A stretch of DNA of 26,989 nucleotides from Trichoplax sp. H2 (taxonomy: Eukaryota). The stretch is taken from contig NOWV01000131.1 in assembly GCA_003344405.1 (NCBI GenBank), positions 186,001 through 212,989 of the forward strand, read 5' to 3'. The position numbers and the translations under genes were made by a program. The notes under the pieces are model-generated. The model saw nothing but the letters and a program-made list of their open reading frames with translations. It did not search any database and was not told the DNA's origin. Positions within the stretch are counted from its first letter, which is position 1; every line of letters begins with the position of its first letter. Of this stretch, positions 22,860 to 26,989 are shown in pieces.

Positions 22860-23403
22860 GCTTAATCACTGTATTTATTACAGTCCTGTTCATACTATTT
22901 TTGTTTATATTTTACTTCATTTGCTTCTATGCAAGGGTAGTAACTTTCAGTACGGTCGGTGCCAGGTATGGGTCAAGAAGTCCTGCTGACTAGAGGTAAA
23001 GGAAAAAGAGTTCCGTTGATCGATGATGTCATCGACGCCACTTGAACATGACGTAATTCCCTCTGCATTTTGCAAATCACCAGCGGGCTGCGGTGAACCC
23101 GCGTGCTATTCTGGTATACTCTACTGTATAACGCAATATCGGTGAGAATATCCCGGGGAATAGACCACTAGAAGTATACCTGGACTGGAACTCTCCTCGG
23201 GTGGATGGACTTTTCATACTACAGGCCGCCGAAAATGTCGAAAAATAGTTACTGAGTATGGATCTTCCCGCGTCTGTTTTCTAAATCACTCGTATCAATT
23301 GGAAATAACATTCATGATCTAAATTGACTGCTTCCAAGCAGAGCTTCTCAGATATTTCAATAAAAGTATTAATGAAATTGATTGCTATCTATAGAACCAT
23401 TTT

Positions 23404-23705
23404 TATCATACAGTTAACTATACATACAGTATACTGTCCATACAGTTAACTGAAAGATTACTTCAAAAATCTGCTTATATGCTAGATATCGGTAAAGTAT
23501 CAATAAATTGATATCTTACCTATACAAGCATTTTAATACATACAGTTAACTGAAAGATTACTCCAAAAATCTGCTCATATGCTAGATATCGGTAAAGTAT
23601 CAATAAATTGATATAAGTTGATACTTTACCTATCCATTTTTATACATACAGTTAACTGAAAGATTATTCAAAAAATCTGCTCATACAGCATGCTAGGGGT
23701 CGGTA
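23404..23705. repeat. About 100-110 bp satellite, left copy (2 full units plus a partial)
   Basis: ACAGTTAACTGAAAGATTA occurs at 23442, 23542 and 23648. Confidence 0.92.
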
Positions 23706-24042
23706 TAAAATACAGTACAGTATTTGCTTGTTAGTTTTAGTTACATTTTCTCCCTTTTAAAGCGTCTAAAACGAAATAAAAGACGCGGTATACCAGATCA
23801 CAGGTTCTATCTTCAGAGACCATGACAGACTTTATAATGCAATTTACAACAGTATTTTCGTATTGAGTAAAGTGTTACTCCCAGCCAGGCAACAATATTC
23901 CGCGAGCATCAGTAAAGACATTTAGTAGTAATAAAAATATTATTAAAACAGGTCATCCATGAGACGTTTTTGATACTACCATATGCTATTGAAGTAAGCA
24001 AAACGATTCCTCTTTATGAGTAGCAAATATACAAATTATCTA

Positions 24043-24062
24043 NNNNNNNNNNNNNNNNNNNN
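24043..24062. other. Assembly gap (20 N)
   Basis: Run of 20 n characters. Confidence 1.
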
Positions 24063-24690
24063 TATCATACAGTTAACTATACATACAGTATACTGTACAT
24101 ACAGTTAACTGAAAGATTACTCCAAAAATCTGCTTATATGCTAGATATCGGTAAAGTATCAATAAATTGATATCTTACCTATACAAGCATTTTAATACAT
24201 ACAGTTAACTGAAAGATTACTCCAAAAATCTGCTCATATGCTAGATATCGGTAAAGTATCAATAAATTGATATCTTACCTATACAAGCATTTTAATACAT
24301 ACAGTTAACTGAAAGATTACTCCAAAAATTTGCTCATATGCTAGATATCGGTAAAGTATCAATAAATTGATATAAATTAATATTTTACCTATACAAGCAT
24401 TTCAATACATACAGTTAACTGAAAGATTACTCCAAAAATCTGCTCATATGCTAGATATCGGTAAAGTATCAATAAATTGATATAAATTGATACTTCACCT
24501 ATACAAGCATTTTAATACATACAGTTAACTGAAAGATTACTCAAAAAATCTGCTCATATGCTAGATATCGGTAAAGTATCAATAAATTGATATAAATTGA
24601 TACTTTACCTATACAAGCATTTTAATACATACAGTTAACTGAAAGATTATTCAAAAAATCTGCTCATACAGTATGCTAGGTATCGGTATA
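24063..24690. repeat. 100/110-bp satellite, right copy (5 full units plus a partial)
   Basis: ACAGTTAACTGAAAGATTA occurs at 24101, 24201, 24301, 24411, 24521 and 24631. The 110-bp units carry an extra ATAAATTGAT-like decamer. Confidence 0.95.
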
Positions 24691-25118
24691 AAATACTGTA
24701 TTTGCTTGTTAGTTTTAGTTACATTTTCTTCCGGTTTAAGCGTCTAAAACGAAATAAAAGACGCTGTACACCAGATCACAGGTTCTATCTTAAGAGACCA
24801 TGACAGACTTTACAATGCAATTTACAACAGTATTTTCGTATTGAGTAAAGTGTTACTCCTAGACAAGCAATAATATTCCGCGAGTATCAGTAAAGACATT
24901 TAGTAGTAATAAAAATATTAAAACAGGTCATCCATTAGACGTTTTTGATACTACGATATGCTATTAAAGTAAGCAAAACGATTCCCTCTTTATGAGTAGC
25001 AAATATACAAATTATCTACTGTATCACCAATGAGAGTACTCCGTGTAGTGCATTCGGCAATGAGCCAGCCGAGAATCCAAGAGGTTGAAGTACGCAATGA
25101 AGAAGTCAGTTCGAGAGA

Positions 25119-25414
25119 AATAGTCTTACTTATTTTAAGGAGTACTCGCGAGCATAAGAGTAGTGTAAAAACTGTTTGATTAATTAGATATAACTACAGG
25201 ATACCTTTAGCTTACTGTATACAGTAAGAAGTATGTGGTAGCGTTACAACATAGAGCGATTACCTTGGTAATAGTCTTACTTATTTTAAGGAGTACTCGC
25301 GACCATAAGAGCAGTGCAACAACTGTTGGATTAATTATATATAACCACGGGGTAGCTTTAGCTTACTTAGTAATAAGCATGTGGTAACGGTCAATACAGA
25401 ACGATTACCATGGT
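25119..25414. repeat. Imperfect tandem duplication, 2 x about 150 bp
   Basis: AATAGTCTTACTTATTTTAAGGAGTACTCGCGA occurs at 25119 and 25270; both copies end CGATTACC(T/A)TGGT. Confidence 0.9.
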
Positions 25415-25559
25415 GCTCGTCTATTCAAATACAACACTAGCGTTATTTTCGAGGGAAGACAGTGGTACTATCGCTCGTTATCCTTCGTGTACTTAGTTAT
25501 TGGAGTACATTACATTACTTGTATTTTTTTATACTTTACTGTACAACATTATATGTACT

Positions 25560-26400
25560 GTTGTTTATTGACAAGATAACCAAAAACAGAAGGTATTTCC
25601 ATAGTGTGAACTATTGTATCTTCAGATAAGAGTAGTACAAACTCCCGTCGCTTTGCTGACGGTTTACGATAATGTGCTCATTTATTAATAATTAACTGAT
25701 AGTATTACCATTTGATAGACCTGTCAGATAACAACCGTTATAAGAAAATGTAACAATCAAAATGGCTATGTAGAAAACTCTATAAAGATTCTATGTTTAT
25801 TTAATTTTTATCAGAGTATTACATGAAATCAAAATTTAAAGGCCCAGTGGCCACCCTTAGCGATATAACGAATACCATTTCAATAATCAGTACTATGCAG
25901 AAATTACTACCTTAGAGCTATTCGTTTTACGTAAAGAAATCTTTAGGCAAAAAGTACTGTAAGAATCTTATACTGACCTATTGAAATGAACCCATAATCA
26001 GATGGATGATCGGCTTGTGCCACTAGTACGATGAGCAAATATATAGTTACATGTCGGCACATGTCTAGAAAATTGATCCACGTAATACTCATTAGGTATA
26101 GCAAAGACGAAATGGTCAAATAATTCTCTATCTTGATCTAAATTCAATATCGGTGAATTAAAACTAGTCCAACTTGTATATCGATATTGTGTAGATATTT
26201 TTACGCGATGACTTGTAAAGGTTAAGGCATTATTAGTAATAGGTATGAAAGCATGACGTGCTATTCCACTTTTCAACACTTGAAGAACTGAGTAGAAAAG
26301 CGAGACCGAAATAGCCATCATTCAACTAGAAATCTTTGCGATAGTATGGCTGTATATGCGCCTTCTTGTATAGTACTACTATCAGGAATAGGAATGCTAA
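25560..26400 (-). pseudogene. G5: decayed carboxylesterase fragment, most similar to G3
   Basis: Frame-shifted pieces match G3. PIPDSSTIQEGAYTAILSQRF vs PIVDGDILPESSYKAIISGKF; LNDGYF (about 26308-26325); RVKISTQYRYTSW..PNEYYVDQFSRHVPTCNYIFAHRTSGT vs RVKLSIQYQYTNW..PNENYADALSRYVPTYTYIFAHRTAGT; and VHTMEIPSVFGYLVNK (25564-25611) vs VHTIEIPYVFGYP. It carries a deletion, frameshifts and an insertion. It may extend weakly to about 26560. No N-terminal half or exon 2 was recognised. Confidence 0.88.
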
Positions 26401-26642
26401 GGGCAGGATCATTTGGTCGCTAAATAATGTTCGTCTTATCAACTTGTAGTAAAACATTGTTGAAAAGATGCCTGTATTGTAATACACGTGTAAGTGCACT
26501 GTATATTGGTATATGAAAAGATGTTCGATAAACTAGTTACTGAATTGCACGAAAGAGATCTAAAAACAAGATAGAAATCTTTAATTTAAATAGAGAGGAG
26601 ATCACGATTACGGTTTAATTTTGATATTAAAAAATACATTTA

Positions 26643-26930
26643 TTTTGTAAACCTTCTACAAGTTATCAAAAATAATTTCTAACGCTAAAATAAGGAAAAA
26701 GACAAGTTCCTTCATACATATTTAACTATGCAACACTCAAAATTATATTGTCTTTTTGTAAACGGTTAAAAAAAGGAAAATTCCCCTTAGGACATTTAAC
26801 TATGCAACTGTTAAAATAGTATTATCTTTGCAAACGTTTAAAAAGGTATCAAAAATAAATTTCTAACACTACAAAAAGAAAAAAGACAAGTTTCTTCAGT
26901 GACGTTTAATTATGTAGCTCTTAAAATTAA
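26643..26930. repeat. Degenerate A-rich tandem repeat
   Basis: TATCAAAAATAA(A)TTTCTAAC..AAAAAGACAAGTT.CTTCA occurs twice (near 26664 and 26847), and TTTAA(C/T)TATG(C/T)A three times. Confidence 0.7.
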
Positions 26931-26989
26931 AGTAGCACCATCTCTTATTAAACATTCGATCTTGCTCCGAATGAGTGATTTGGTATTTA

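Overview
AT-rich eukaryotic (animal) genomic DNA with one 20-N scaffold gap. Composition, short GT-AG introns and gene content would fit an early-branching metazoan such as the placozoan Trichoplax, but the taxon is an unverified inference. The window holds a head-to-tail, minus-strand array of five type-B carboxylesterase/cholinesterase-fold genes: G1 (1-1077, runs off the window edge and is missing from the ORF track), G2 (9609-11921, intact), G3 (14689-16797, intact), G4 (20041-22102, one in-frame TAA) and G5 (about 25560-26400, decayed and interrupted). G2-G4 each have two coding exons and a neuroligin-like layout: signal peptide, esterase domain, Ser/Thr stalk, one transmembrane helix and a short tail. 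Unlike neuroligins they keep a Ser-Asp-His triad of the bile-salt-activated-lipase type. An intronless RDH11/12/13/14-like short-chain dehydrogenase sits inside the array. Non-coding features include two hairpin-bearing satellites (141 bp and 100/110 bp units), a probable haplotype false duplication across the gap, a 74-bp candidate mini-Helitron and several small tandem duplications.
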